Positions 22,294-33,323 of a stretch of 64,000 nucleotides of DNA are shown one piece after another. The DNA comes from an uncultured Actinomycetes bacterium (lineage in GTDB: Bacteria > Actinomycetota > Actinomycetes > S36-B12 > CAIYMF01). The notes beneath the pieces were generated by a model. That model made no database searches. It was not told where the DNA came from and saw nothing but the letters and a program-made list of their open reading frames with translations. A program made the translations under genes and the position numbers. The stretch covers positions 2,815-66,814 of the forward strand of contig CAVTWM010000002.1 in NCBI GenBank assembly GCA_963738455.1. The letters run 5' to 3'. The stretch's first letter is position 1, and every line of letters begins with the position of its first letter.

Positions 22294-22563
22294 ATGAACG
22301 ACACCTCGACCCGGCAGCAGTCGCAGCCCGGACGGTACGAGATCCGCACCCAGGGGCACCTCGATGCTCGATGGGCCGCCTGGTTCGACGGTCTGACCCT
22401 CACCCGCGAGACGGACGGCACCACCGTCATCCACGGCCCGGTGCTCGACCAGGCCGCGCTGTACAGCGTGCTGCTGAAGCTGCGCGACCTCGGGCTCCCC
22501 CTGGTCTCGGTCACCCAGGTCGGCGCCGGCCGTCCCGATCTCTCCACGCTCGATCCCCGATAG
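22294..22563 (+). CDS. Small conserved hypothetical protein (ACT-like) typical of MalT/LuxR cassettes
   Basis: YEIRTQGHLDARWAAWFDGL...GPVLDQAALYSVLLKLRDLGLPLVSV; AAGGGG upstream. Confidence 0.85.
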   Translation: MNDTSTRQQSQPGRYEIRTQGHLDARWAAWFDGLTLTRETDGTTVIHGPVLDQAALYSVLLKLRDLGLPLVSVTQVGAGRPDLSTLDPR

Positions 22564-22590
22564 CTCACCCGCACCCGAAGGAGCACCGAC

Positions 22591-23358
22591 ATGGCGAACG
22601 GCGTCAACCCTGCAACGACAAGGGTTCCCATGGACTCGACGAGGAAGACCGCGCTCGTCGCGGGCATCTTCTACCTGATCACGTTCGTCTCGATCCCGAC
22701 GCTGGCCCTCTACGGCAACGTCAAGACCGACCAGGAGTGGGTCCTCGGCTCGGCCAGCACCACCGGCCTGCTCTGGGGCGGGTTCCTCGAGGTGATCGTC
22801 GCCCTGGCCGGCATCGGCACCGCCGTGACGCTGTGGCCGGTGGTGAAGCGGCAGAACGAGAGCATGGCGCTCGGCTTCGTCGCCACCCGCGTCCTCGAGG
22901 CCGCCATGATCTTCACCGGTGTCGTGAGCCTGCTCTCGCTCGTCCACCTGCGTGAGGGTCTCGCCGCCGCCACCACCGCGGACACCGCCTCGCTCATCAC
23001 CACCGGCTCGTCGCTCGTCTCGACGTACAACGGGGCGTTCCTCCTCGGCCAGACCCTCATGCCGTGCCTGAACGCGCTCCTGCTGGGAACCCTGATGTAC
23101 CGATCGGGCCTCGTGCCCCGAGCCATCCCGATGATGGGTCTCATCGGCGCACCGCTGCTCCTCAGCGCGGCCATCGCCGTGCTGTTCGGCGTCACCGAGC
23201 AGATCTCCGCGTGGACCGTGCTGGCAACCCTCCCGATCGCGGCGTGGGAGCTGTCCCTCGGTATCTACATGACCTTCAAGGGTTTCAAGCCCTCCCCCAT
23301 CACCGCGGGGCTCGTGGCCGCCGACCCCGCGCCCGCCTACACCGACGTCATCGCCTGA
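22591..23358 (+). CDS. DUF4386 domain membrane protein
   Basis: RKTALVAGIFYLITF, RVLEA, LMYRSGLVPR and WELSLGIYMTFKGF; AAGGAG RBS. Confidence 0.9.
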   Translation: MANGVNPATTRVPMDSTRKTALVAGIFYLITFVSIPTLALYGNVKTDQEWVLGSASTTGLLWGGFLEVIVALAGIGTAVTLWPVVKRQNESMALGFVATRVLEAAMIFTGVVSLLSLVHLREGLAAATTADTASLITTGSSLVSTYNGAFLLGQTLMPCLNALLLGTLMYRSGLVPRAIPMMGLIGAPLLLSAAIAVLFGVTEQISAWTVLATLPIAAWELSLGIYMTFKGFKPSPITAGLVAADPAPAYTDVIA

Positions 23359-23363
23359 CCGTC

Positions 23364-23402
23364 GAGGTTCGGCCGGGCCCGCACTACGCCCGGCCGAACC
23401 TC
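23364..23402 (+). terminator. Strong hairpin after the DUF4386 gene
   Basis: GAGGTTCGGCCGGGC...GCCCGGCCGAACCTC, a 15-bp perfect stem. Confidence 0.6.
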
Positions 23403-23585
23403 CGCGTCGGTCCACCAGGTCCCGACGGCCCGGACGACCGTGCCTGACTCGACCCTCGACAGAGCCTCGGCGCCATGGCACCGTCACAGGAACGCGCAGG
23501 CACGCCCATGAGCCAAGCCATCGCGCACGAGCGCAGGGGCGCCTCCTACGCGTCGCCCAGACCAGGCCGCACCGAGGAGGGCACC

Positions 23586-24857
23586 ATGCCCGACGTGTCC
23601 CGCCCCGCGGAGGTGGTGCCCGAGGCACCGGCCGCGCTCCGGGTCGGATGGCGCTTCATCTCGCTGTACGCGCTGGCGTACATGAGCACCTGCCTGGTGT
23701 TCCTCGCTCCCGCCCTGGTCACCTTGGCGCTGAAGGTCAACTCGCTGGTGGGGATCGACCAGGCGCCGACGGAGCCTGGCGCTGGTCACCGGCATCGGCG
23801 CGTTGGTGTCGATGGTCGGCAACCCGTTCTTCGGCCGGCTGAGCGACCGCACCTCGTCGTCGTGGGGGATGCGGCGGCCGTGGATGCTCATCGGTCTCGT
23901 CGGCGGCTCGTTCGGCATCCTCGTCGTGGCGTTGGCACCCGACATCGCGGTCGTCCTCGTCGGCTGGTGCATCGCCCAGCTGCTCTTCAACGCGCTGCTG
24001 GCCGCGATGGTCGCCGTCCTGCCGGACCAGGTCCCGGTCGCCCAGCGCGGCCAGGTCTCCGGTGTGCTGGGCGTCTGCCTGCCCATCGCCGCCGTGACCG
24101 GCACCTTCCTGGTCCAGCTGTTCAGCGGGCACCAGCTCGCGATGTTCCTGGTCCCGTGCGCTGGTCGGTGGCTTCTTCATCCTGCTGTTCGCCGCCACGT
24201 TGACGGATCGCCGGCTCGGCGATGCGGCGAGACCGGCATGGTCGCTGCGCGAGTTCCTCAGCACGTTCTACGTCAGCCCGAGGACGAGCCCGGACTTCGC
24301 CTGGGCCTTCGTCAGCCGGTTCTGCTTCGTGCTGGCGTACGCGTTCCTCGTGACGTACCAGGCCTACTACCTGCTCGACAAGCTCGGCAGCGACGAGGCC
24401 GACGTGCCCCGGCAGATCTTCCTCGGGACCATCGTCTCGTCCGTGGCCCTCGTCGGCGCCTCCCTCGCCGCCGGCAGGCTCTCCGACCGGACCGGCCGAC
24501 GCAAGGTCTTCGTCCTCGTCGCGTCGATCGTGTACGGCCTGGCCATGTTCGTGGTCGCCATCGCCAGCAGCTTCAACGGATTCCTCGTCGGCATGGCCAT
24601 CAGCGGCCTCGGCTTCGGCATGTACATGGCCGTCGACCTGGCGCTGGTCGCCGACGTCCTGCCGGACTCGGACAACGTCGCCAAGGATCTCGGCGTGTTC
24701 AACATCGCCGGCGCTCTCCCCTTCGCCGTCGCGCCCGCGCTCGCGCCCGGCGATCCTGACGGTCGGCGACGGCAGCTACGGGGTGCTGTACGCGGTCGCG
24801 GGAGTCTGCGCGATCGTCGGAGCGTTCGCCATCCTGCCCGTCAAGGGAGTGCGTTGA
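23586..24857 (+). CDS. MFS transporter, frameshifted
   Basis: GRLSDRT...GMRRPW and GRLSDRTGRRK motif-A repeats over ORFs 23475-24203, 23803-24759 and 24200-24946; GAGGAGG before ATG 23586. Confidence 0.88.
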
Positions 24858-25033
24858 CTCCCCGTCGGCGACACGTGACACCCGCGACCCGCACGCCGCG
24901 TACGGTGCAACCACCAGGGACGAGCCGTACTGGAGCGACCTGCTGACAGGATGGGATCCAGAACCTGTCGTCGTTCCGCTCGCGACAACGCTCGTCGACC
25001 ACCCGGACGCACGACTCGTGAGGCGAGGTGGCG

Positions 25034-27795
25034 ATGGCGGGTCCGCTGCTCGAGACCAAGCTCTACGTCCCCAGGCCGCGACGCGGTCTGGTGTCGCGTC
25101 CGCGGCTGAGCGAGCGGCTGAGCCGCGGGGCCGAGTCGACGCTGACGCTCGTCTCGGCCCCGGCCGGCTTCGGCAAGACGACGCTGCTGACCGAGTGGCT
25201 GGCGGCCGCCGGTGCCGGTGGACGGTCGGTGGCGTGGCTCTCGCTCGACCGGCGCGACAACGATCCCGCGTCTGTTCTGGACCTACCTCGTCGCCGCGCT
25301 GCAGGACGGCGGAGCCGGGGGTCGGCGCAGGTGCGCTCGCCCTGCTGCAGCCGCCCCAGGCGCCGATCGACGCGGTGCTCGCCACGTCTGCTCAACGACC
25401 TCAGCGCGGTCCCGAACGACGTCGTGCTGGTGCTCGACGACTACCACGTCATCGACGCGCGCGAGGTGCAGGACGGGATGGCCTTCCTGCTGGAGCACCT
25501 GCCCCCGCAGCTGCACCTGGTGATCGCCAGCCGCGCCGACCCGCCGCTGCCGCTGGCCCGGCTGCGGGCGCGCGGCGAGCTGGTCGAGATCCGCGCCGCC
25601 GACCTGCGCTTCACGCCCGACGAGGCCGCGGCGTACCTCAACGAGGTGATGGGGCTGGCGCTGACGGCGCAGGACGTCGCGGCGCTGGAGGGGCGCACCG
25701 AAGGCTGGATCGCCGCGCTGCAGCTGGCGGCGCTGTCGATGCAGGGACGCGACGACGTCGCCGGCGTTCATCGCCGGCTTCGCCGGGGACGACCGGTACA
25801 TCGTCGACTACCTGGTCGAGGAGGTCCTGCAGCGCCAGCCCGAGCAGGTCCAGCAGCTTCCTGCTGCAGACCTCGATCCTCGACCGGCTGAGCGGCCCGC
25901 TGTGCGACGCCGTCACCGGGCAGGAGCGGCGGCAAGGCCATGCTGGAGGCGCTGGAGCGCGGCAACCTGTTCCTGGTCCCGCTCGACGACCGCCGCCAGT
26001 GGTACCGCTACCACCACCTGTTCGCCGACGTGCTGCACGCGCACCTGCTCGACGAGCAGCCCGACCGTCGTCGCCGGACCTGCACCGGCGGGCGAGCGAC
26101 TGGTACGAGCGAGAACGGCGAGCCGGTCCGAGGCGATCCGCCACGCGCTGGCCGCCGAGGACTTCGAGCGGGCGGCGGACCTGGTCGAGCTGGCGATCCC
26201 GGCCATGCGCCGGACCCGGCAGGAGGCCGCGCTGCGTGGCTGGCTCGAGGCGCTGCCCGACGAGGTCGTCCGGGTCCGGCCGCGTGCTCAGCATCGGCTT
26301 CGCCGGGGCGATGCTGGCCAGCGGCGAGCTCGAGGGCGTCGAGGCCCGGCTGCGGGACGCCGAGCGGTGGCTGGACGCACGACCGCCGGCCCCGAGTCGG
26401 GCCGCAGCTCACGCCGGCCGAGATGGTCGTCGTCGACGACGAGGAGTTCCGCCGCCTGCCGGCGATGATCGAGCTCTACCGGGCCGCGCTGGCCCTGGCT
26501 CGCGGCGACGTGGCCGAGCACCGTCGGCCACGCCCGGCGGGCGCTCGACCTGGCGCCGGAGGACGACCACCTCAGCCGCGCGTCGGCGGCGGGCCTGCTG
26601 GGTCTCGCGTACTGGGCGAGCGGGGACCTCGAGGCGGCGCACCGGGCGTACGCCGAATGCGTGGCCGGGCTGCAGCGGGCCGGCCACATCGCCGACGTCC
26701 TCGGGTGCGCGATCGCGCTGGCGGACATCCGGAGCGCGCAGGGCCGGCTCGGCGACGCGATGCGCACCTACGAGCAGGCGTTGCGAGCTGGCCCCGGAGC
26801 AGGGCGGCGCCGCTGCTGCGGGGAACGGCGGACATGTACGTGGGGATGAGCGAGATCCACCGCGAGCGCGGCGACCTGCCTGCGGCCACGCAGGCACCTG
26901 CTGCCGGAGCCAGGAGCTCGGCGAGCACACCGGGCTGCCGCAGAACCGCTATCGCTGGCGGGTCGCGATGGCGCGGATCCGGCAGGCCGAGGGAGATCTG
27001 GCCGGCGCGCTCGAGCTGCTCGACGAGGCAGAGCGGGTGTACGCGAGCGACTTCTTCCCCAACGTGCGACCGATCCCGGCCATGAGGGCCCGGGTCTGGC
27101 TCGTGCAGGGCGGAGCTGGGCGACGCGCTCGGCTGGGTGCGTCGAGCAGCGGTCTGTCCGTCGACGACGACCTGAGCTACCTGCGCGAGTTCGAGCACAT
27201 CACCCTGGCCCGGGTGCTCCTGGCCCGGCACACGCTCAGACCGCGGCCGACAGCTCCCTCGCCGAGGCGATCACCGCTCCTGGAGCGCCTGCTGCGCGCG
27301 GCGGAGGCCGGGGGGAGGACGGGCAGCGTCATCGAGATCCTGGTGCTGCAGGCGCTCGCCCACCAGGCGCGGCGGCGACATCCCTGCCGCGCTCGGCAGC
27401 CGCTGGAGCGAGCGCGTGACGCTGGCCGAGCCGGAGGGCTACGTCCGGGTCTTCGTGGACGAGGGCGCGCCGATGGCCTCGCTGCTCGAACGCCTGGCGG
27501 AGGAGCGGAAACACCAGCGCCTATGTCCGCCGCCTCCACGCAGGCGTCACGAGCACCGAGCAACGGCCGGCGGCAGACCCCGGGGCTGGTCGAGCCACTG
27601 AGCGAGCGCGAGCTCGACGTGCTCCGGCTGCTCGCCACCGACCTGGACGGCCCGGACATCGCCCGCCAGCTCGTCGTGTCCCTGAACACCGTCCGGACCC
27701 ACACCAAGAACATCTACGCCAAGCTCGGCGTGAACAACCGTCGGGCAGCGGTCCGCGCGGCCCAGGAGCTCGACCTCGTGCCACGAGCCCGCTGA
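25034..27795 (+). CDS. MalT-like (LAL) LuxR C-terminal transcriptional regulator, multiply frameshifted
   Basis: [46 protein letters not shown] and C-terminal [11 protein letters not shown]...[13 protein letters not shown]. Confidence 0.93.
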
Positions 27796-27891
27796 GGACG
27801 CCCGACGTCGCGATCGTCCCGCCCGACCCGGGCAGGCACCACCGAGGAGACGACCTCGGTCCGAGGACCGGCCGACCCGCGAGCGATCGGG

Positions 27892-28854
27892 CTAGTTGGC
27901 CCCGCCGGCCGCGGCCTCGGGCTGGTGGATCGCGCGACGCAGCTCGATCAGGTCACGGGCGTGCGTCTCGAGGGCGACGTCCTCCTCCGACGCCGGCTGC
28001 CAGGACCGGCAGGCGATCGTGCCGCCGTCCGGTCCGAGCGAGACGAACACGATGAGGCAGTGCGTCGTGAGCTGGAGCTGCGACTCGCACGGGTCGCCCG
28101 ACCGCACGTGCACGCTGATGTGCATGCTCGAGGTCCCGGTGTGGAGCAGCCGGGCCTCGACCTCGACGAGATCCCCGATGCGCAGCGGGCGGTAGAACCG
28201 GACGCCACCGGCGTACACCGCGACGTTGGCGGCGCTGGCGGTCCACTGCGTCGCGAGGACGTGCGCGGCCTCGTCGATCCACCGCATGACGATGCCACCG
28301 TGGACCTTCCCGCCCCAGTTCACGTCGGTGGGCGCGGCGAGGAAGCGCAGCACGACAGTCGGGGCGGTCCCGGCGTCGGTGTAGCTCTGCGCGGCCATCG
28401 CGGCCTCGATCTCGGCGCGGAGCCCGATGCGCCGGACCGCGCTGTCCTCGCTGCGCCGGTCACCGTCGTCCTGCGAGACCCAGGGGTGGACCGGGACCGA
28501 GCGCCCGTCGGTGTCGACCGCGACGAAGATGATGAGGCACCGCGTCGTCTCCGCGAGCTCCTCGTCGATCGGGAAGCCGGACCGCACGACGACCTCGATG
28601 TGCATGCTGCTGCGGCCGGTGTGCACGAGCCGCGCCGTCACCTCGACGAGATGGCCGACCTTCACCGGTCGGGTGAACCTGATGTTGCCCACGTACGCCG
28701 TGACGCAGTAGCGGCCGCTCCACGCGGCGGCGAGCGCGTAGCCCGCCTTGTCGATCCACTCGAGCACGCGACCACCGTCGACGCTGCCGGAGTAGCCGGC
28801 GTCCGTCGGCGCCGCCAGGAACCGGAGCGTCACCTCGCGGTCTCGTCCTGCCAT
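27892..28854 (-). CDS. Double hot-dog acyl-CoA thioesterase
   Basis: Two repeats of LRFLAAPTD, followed by GGRVLEWIDKAG and HGGIVMRWIDEAA. Confidence 0.92.
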   Translation of the reverse strand: MAGRDREVTLRFLAAPTDAGYSGSVDGGRVLEWIDKAGYALAAAWSGRYCVTAYVGNIRFTRPVKVGHLVEVTARLVHTGRSSMHIEVVVRSGFPIDEELAETTRCLIIFVAVDTDGRSVPVHPWVSQDDGDRRSEDSAVRRIGLRAEIEAAMAAQSYTDAGTAPTVVLRFLAAPTDVNWGGKVHGGIVMRWIDEAAHVLATQWTASAANVAVYAGGVRFYRPLRIGDLVEVEARLLHTGTSSMHISVHVRSGDPCESQLQLTTHCLIVFVSLGPDGGTIACRSWQPASEEDVALETHARDLIELRRAIHQPEAAAGGAN

Positions 28855-28915
28855 GTCCACCCTCTGCACGTGTCGGGATCGGTCGGCGCCCTGCGTCCTC
28901 GGAGCGTGCCACCCC

Positions 28916-29878
28916 TCAGACCGTGATGACGACCTTTCCGCGCGCTCGCCCCTCGCCGACGTACTGGACCGCGGCGGCCACCTCGGCCAGCGGATAGCAC
29001 CGGTCGATCACGGGGCCGACGGCGCCGGAGTCGATCGACGCGGTGAGGGCGACGAGATCCGCCCGCGACGGCCGGTGCGCCAGGACCCGCAGCCGCTTGC
29101 CGTGCCTCCGCGACACCCACGGCGAGAGCACCGCGACCTGCGCCATCGACGCCAGCGAACCACCGATCGCGACGTAGGTCCCACCGCGGTTGAGCATGCG
29201 CGCGTAGTCCCCGGCCGACCGGTACGCCGCGACGTCGACGACGGCGTCGTAGCGCTCCGGACCGCGGGTGACGTCGACCTGCGCGTAGTCCAGGACGCGC
29301 TCCGCGCCGAGCCCGCGGACGAGGTCCAGCTTCCCGGCGCTGTCCACTCCCGTGACGCGCGCCCCGAGCGACACGGCGAGCTGCACGGCGAAGGTCCCGA
29401 CGCCGCCGCCCGCGCCGTTGACCAGGACCCGGCTCCCACGACCGACCTGCGCCTTCCGCAGCCCCTGCAGGGCCAGGACCCCGGCCTGCGGTACGGCTGC
29501 CGCCTCCTCGAACGACAGCCCGGCGGGCTTCGGCGCGAGCACGTCCGCGCGAGCCGTCGCGAGCTCCGCGAATCCGCCCCACGAGCAGCCGGAGACGTCG
29601 CCGTACACCTCGTCGCCGGGCTGGACGCCCGTCACGGACCGCCCGACCGCCTCGACGACGCCGGCGACGTCGGCGCCGAGCACGGGGTAGCGCGGTCGTC
29701 GCCACGCCCCGAGCCGCACGATGAACGGCGTGCCCCGCACGAGGTCCCAGTCCCAGGAGTTCACCGACGACGCACGCACCCGCACGAGCACCTCGTCGTC
29801 GCCCACGGTGGGTTCCGGGACCTCGCGCAGCGCGAGCCCGTCGGTCGAGCCGTAGGCGCTGTAGACGACAGCCCTCAT
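28916..29878 (-). CDS. NAD(P)-dependent medium-chain oxidoreductase (quinone oxidoreductase-like)
   Basis: MRAVVYSAYG, VLGADVAGVVEAVG, NGAGGGVG and ARGKVVITV. Confidence 0.92.
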   Translation of the reverse strand: MRAVVYSAYGSTDGLALREVPEPTVGDDEVLVRVRASSVNSWDWDLVRGTPFIVRLGAWRRPRYPVLGADVAGVVEAVGRSVTGVQPGDEVYGDVSGCSWGGFAELATARADVLAPKPAGLSFEEAAAVPQAGVLALQGLRKAQVGRGSRVLVNGAGGGVGTFAVQLAVSLGARVTGVDSAGKLDLVRGLGAERVLDYAQVDVTRGPERYDAVVDVAAYRSAGDYARMLNRGGTYVAIGGSLASMAQVAVLSPWVSRRHGKRLRVLAHRPSRADLVALTASIDSGAVGPVIDRCYPLAEVAAAVQYVGEGRARGKVVITV

Positions 29879-30217
29879 CGCACGCTCCCGCTCGAGGTCC
29901 GGCTCCGGTGGCCGGTACCCGCACTCTCGCACCCGACGGGCGCAGGAGGGTCGGAGTCGCATCCGGTGCCGGTGCCCGGACGCACGGATTCCGGGGATTG
30001 CGTCGTGGATCCCCACCCGACTTGTCCAAGATTCGTCCGGGTCGGCCCGCCGTGGTGCGACCCACCCGGCCGGTGTGTGCAGGCTGGTGCGGCGGGCGCC
30101 AGCCGCCCGGGGCGGCGGGCCGGGTGCCCGCCTCCGTCGTATCCGATCGGGCTATCCAGACCGTGGCCCCCACGACCCGATATCGGGAGCACGACCCCCG
30201 AGTCGAGAGGTGAGCGC

Positions 30218-31012
30218 ATGACCCGTGCACGAGCAGACCAGCCCCGGAACGTGACCCCGTCGACCGTGCGCTCATCGCGCCTCCGCTCGCGCCTCGTGCG
30301 CGTCGGTGTCGTCGCAGCGGCGGCCGTCGGCCTGCTGGCCCCCTCGGTGCCGGCGCAGGCGGTCATCTTCCCCGGCAACCTGCCCACGCACGCACGGTCG
30401 TTCGCCCTCACGTACGACAAGTCCGTCCCGGTGGTCCGCCAGCCCCGCTGGAACCGCTGCACCACCATCACGTGGGGCATCGACGCGTCGACGCCCGGAG
30501 GTGTCGTGCTCAGTCGGGAGGTGTCCTACCTCTTCACGAGCTTCAACGCGGCTGCCAAGGCGAGCGGCTACCGCTTCAGCTACCGCGGCCTGTTCAACGG
30601 CAGCACGAAGGCGAACTCCACGCGCTCCGCACCGGTCCGCACGCGCACCACTCCCGCGATCATGATCACGTTCGGTACGCCGACGGGGACCGGCTCGCAC
30701 TCGTTCCGCTCGCTCACCGGCTCCACGGTCGGCGTGGGCGGCAGCTCGTGGTCGATCCTGCGCCAGTCCAACGGGACGACGCTCAACCGGATCAAGTCCG
30801 GGTTCGTCCTCGTCGACACCACGGACGCCCGACGCGCGAGTGCCGCACAGGAGATCGCGATGTACGCCCACGAGCTCGGGCACGCGCTGGGCCTGCGGCA
30901 CACCTCGGACCGCACCCAGCTCATGTACCCCACCCTGAACCCCTCGATCAGGACCTACATGCTCGGCGACCGCACCGGACTCCGGGCGCTCGCCTCGCAG
31001 CCCTGCTTCTGA
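30218..31012 (+). CDS. Secreted matrixin-family (metzincin) metalloprotease
   Basis: Signal peptide ending PAQA; HELGHALGLRH and Met-turn LMYP; GAGAGG RBS. Confidence 0.85.
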   Translation: MTRARADQPRNVTPSTVRSSRLRSRLVRVGVVAAAAVGLLAPSVPAQAVIFPGNLPTHARSFALTYDKSVPVVRQPRWNRCTTITWGIDASTPGGVVLSREVSYLFTSFNAAAKASGYRFSYRGLFNGSTKANSTRSAPVRTRTTPAIMITFGTPTGTGSHSFRSLTGSTVGVGGSSWSILRQSNGTTLNRIKSGFVLVDTTDARRASAAQEIAMYAHELGHALGLRHTSDRTQLMYPTLNPSIRTYMLGDRTGLRALASQPCF

Positions 31013-31020
31013 TCGCTCGA

Positions 31021-31614
31021 TCAGGCGGCGCGCAGGCCGATCAGCGCGAGCTCGTCGGCCACCACTGACCGCTGGCGCGCAGGCGTCCACCCGGTGGGGT
31101 CGAACATCGCCTGACCGGCGATGCCGGGGATCAGGGCGCCCAGCCGTTGCGCGGCCACCACGACGTCGACATCGCCGTCGAGCCGGTGCTCGCGCGCCAG
31201 GAGGCGCAGCATCGTCGTGAGCCGCTTGACCGTGAGCCGCGCCCGTGCGCGCTGCTCGGCAGCGAACGACTCCGACGTGAGTGCCTCGCTCCAGAAGGCG
31301 AACCAGATCATCCAGTCGCGACGCCGCACCTCGTCGAGCGGCAGGAGCGCCTCGATGAGCCCCTGCACGTCGGTCGGGTCGTTGTCGATCACCACGTCGA
31401 GCCGCGCACGGGCGCGGTCCGCCGCCATGGTGTTCGTGGTGTGCAGCAGCTCGGCGACGTCGGCGAAGTAGTGCGACACGACCGTGGTCGAGAAGCCCGC
31501 CGCCTCGGCGACGTGGCGCACCGTGAGCGCCTGACGGCCCCGCGTGGCCAGGATCTGGCCGGCGACGTCGGCCACCTCGCGGCGGCGCTGGTCATGGTCG
31601 ACGTATCGCGGCAC
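31021..31614 (-). CDS. TetR family regulator (BetI-like C-terminal domain)
   Basis: PRYVDHDQRR, HTH TVRHVAEAAGFSTTVVSHYF and WFAFWSEA. Confidence 0.92.
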   Translation of the reverse strand: MPRYVDHDQRRREVADVAGQILATRGRQALTVRHVAEAAGFSTTVVSHYFADVAELLHTTNTMAADRARARLDVVIDNDPTDVQGLIEALLPLDEVRRRDWMIWFAFWSEALTSESFAAEQRARARLTVKRLTTMLRLLAREHRLDGDVDVVVAAQRLGALIPGIAGQAMFDPTGWTPARQRSVVADELALIGLRAA

Positions 31615-31663
31615 AGTTTCCTCCCGGACAGATCCTTGCGTACTGGCATGGCACACCGTACGT

Positions 31664-31683
31664 TGTACAACACCTGTTGCACA
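31664..31683. promoter_or_regulatory. Putative TetR operator
   Basis: TGTACAACA-CC-TGTTGCACA inverted repeat (1 mismatch) in the AT-rich divergent gap, just before the AGGAG RBS. Confidence 0.7.
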
Positions 31684-31694
31684 TAGGAGACGCC

Positions 31695-33323
31695 ATGGAA
31701 TCGTTCGACGTCATCGTCCTGGGCACCGGCGCGGCCGGCCTGACAGCCGCGGTGAGCGCGGCTGGCCACGGCGCCTCGGTGCTCGTCCTGGAGAAGGCGG
31801 ACGTCGTCGGCGGCACGTCGGCGATGTCCGGCGGCACGGTCTGGATCCCGCTCAACGAGCAGATGGCGGAGTTCGGGATCACGGACTCGAAGGAGGAGGT
31901 GCTCACCTACCTCTCCTCGATGTCCCACGGGAAGATCCCGATGGACGTGGCCGGGGCGATGATCGACGCCGGTCCCGAGATGGTCGCCTGGCTCGCCGAC
32001 AACTCGGAGGTCGTGTTCGAGCTGGTCGAGCGCTTCCCCGACTACCACCCCGAGCACCCGGGCGCGAAGCCTCAGGGCGGTCGGTCGATCGAGTGCCCGC
32101 TCTTCCCGTTCGACGAGCTGGGCGACTGGGCGGCTCGCATGTCGACGAGCCGGCAGATGGCGCCGAACGTCGTCCTGAACGAGACCACGCTCGGCCGCGG
32201 CACCGTGGGGGGCATCGCGCCGGAGGAGCTCGCGCGCCGGAAGCTGCACGACGAGCGCGGCTGCGGTCAGGCGCTCATGGGGCGTCTGCTCAAGAGCTGC
32301 CTCGACCGCGGCATCGAGCCGCGCCTCGGGCACCGCGCGGTCGAGCTGGTCCTGCGCGACGGTCGCGTCGCCGGAGTGACGGTGGAGACGCCCGACGGCG
32401 TCGTCGAGATCGAGGCCGTGCAGGGCGTGGTCCTCGCCACCGGTGGCTTCGAGTGGAACGAGGAGTACGTCACGGCGTACCTCCGCGGTCCGTTGCCGCG
32501 CATGGTCTCGATCGAGACGAACACCGGCGACGGCCTGAAGATGGCGATGAAGGCCGGCGCGTCGCTCGGCAACATGAGCGAGGCGTGGTGGACGTCGGTC
32601 ATCGACGTCCCGGACGAGAACGGCGAGGTGTTCTCGTGGATGGTGAACCGCGAGCGGATCCGACCGCACACCATCATGGTCAACCGAGCCGGACGCCGGT
32701 TCGCCAACGAGGCCTCCAACTACAACGCGTTCGGCGCCGCCTTCCACCTGCTCGACCCGGTGTCGTTCGACTACCCGAACATGCCCGCGTGGCTGCTCTT
32801 CGACCAGGAGTACCTCGACCGCGGCGCGATCTACACGTTCACCGCCGACACCCCCGAGGTGCCGTCGTGGCTGACCTCCGCGCCGACCCTGCGCGAGCTG
32901 GCCGGCACGCTCGGCATCGACGCCGACGGGCTCGAGGAGGCGGTGGCCCGCTGGAACGACGGTGCCGCGAACCTCGACGACCCGGAGTGGGGTCGCGGGC
33001 GGAGCATCAACGACACGCACTGGGGCGACGGAACCCCCGGCCCCGGTGCCACGATCGGGCCGGTCGACACACCTCCCTACTACGCCGTGGAGGTCCGCCC
33101 CGGTGCGCTGGGCACCAAGGGCGGACCGCGCACGACGACCGAGGGCCAGGTCATCGACCTCGACGGCAATCCGATCCCCGGCCTCTACGCCGCGGGCAAC
33201 GTCATGGCCTCCCCCATGGGCATGACCTACGGCGGCGGTGGCGGCACGCTCGGCCCCGCCATGGTGTTCGGCTTCCTCTCGGGCCGCCATGCGGCCACGA
33301 CATCAGCCAAGGAGAACTCATGA
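31695..33323 (+). CDS. kstD: FAD-dependent oxidoreductase, 3-ketosteroid delta-1-dehydrogenase (KstD)-like
   Basis: GTGAAG, GGTSAMSGG, FPDYHPE, LATGGFE, NTGDG, RFANEASNY, LGTKGG and TYGGGGGTLG. Confidence 0.75.
   Translation: MESFDVIVLGTGAAGLTAAVSAAGHGASVLVLEKADVVGGTSAMSGGTVWIPLNEQMAEFGITDSKEEVLTYLSSMSHGKIPMDVAGAMIDAGPEMVAWLADNSEVVFELVERFPDYHPEHPGAKPQGGRSIECPLFPFDELGDWAARMSTSRQMAPNVVLNETTLGRGTVGGIAPEELARRKLHDERGCGQALMGRLLKSCLDRGIEPRLGHRAVELVLRDGRVAGVTVETPDGVVEIEAVQGVVLATGGFEWNEEYVTAYLRGPLPRMVSIETNTGDGLKMAMKAGASLGNMSEAWWTSVIDVPDENGEVFSWMVNRERIRPHTIMVNRAGRRFANEASNYNAFGAAFHLLDPVSFDYPNMPAWLLFDQEYLDRGAIYTFTADTPEVPSWLTSAPTLRELAGTLGIDADGLEEAVARWNDGAANLDDPEWGRGRSINDTHWGDGTPGPGATIGPVDTPPYYAVEVRPGALGTKGGPRTTTEGQVIDLDGNPIPGLYAAGNVMASPMGMTYGGGGGTLGPAMVFGFLSGRHAATTSAKENS

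Noticed and set aside
29879-30217. Riboswitch in the long gap before the secreted protease
   Set aside because: No conserved c-di-AMP, TPP, SAM or cobalamin motifs recognised; an Rfam scan would be needed.
28853-31012. 719-aa ORF as a large protease fusion
   Set aside because: The first ~455 codons are antisense to the oxidoreductase gene or intergenic; RBS and signal peptide place the start at 30218.
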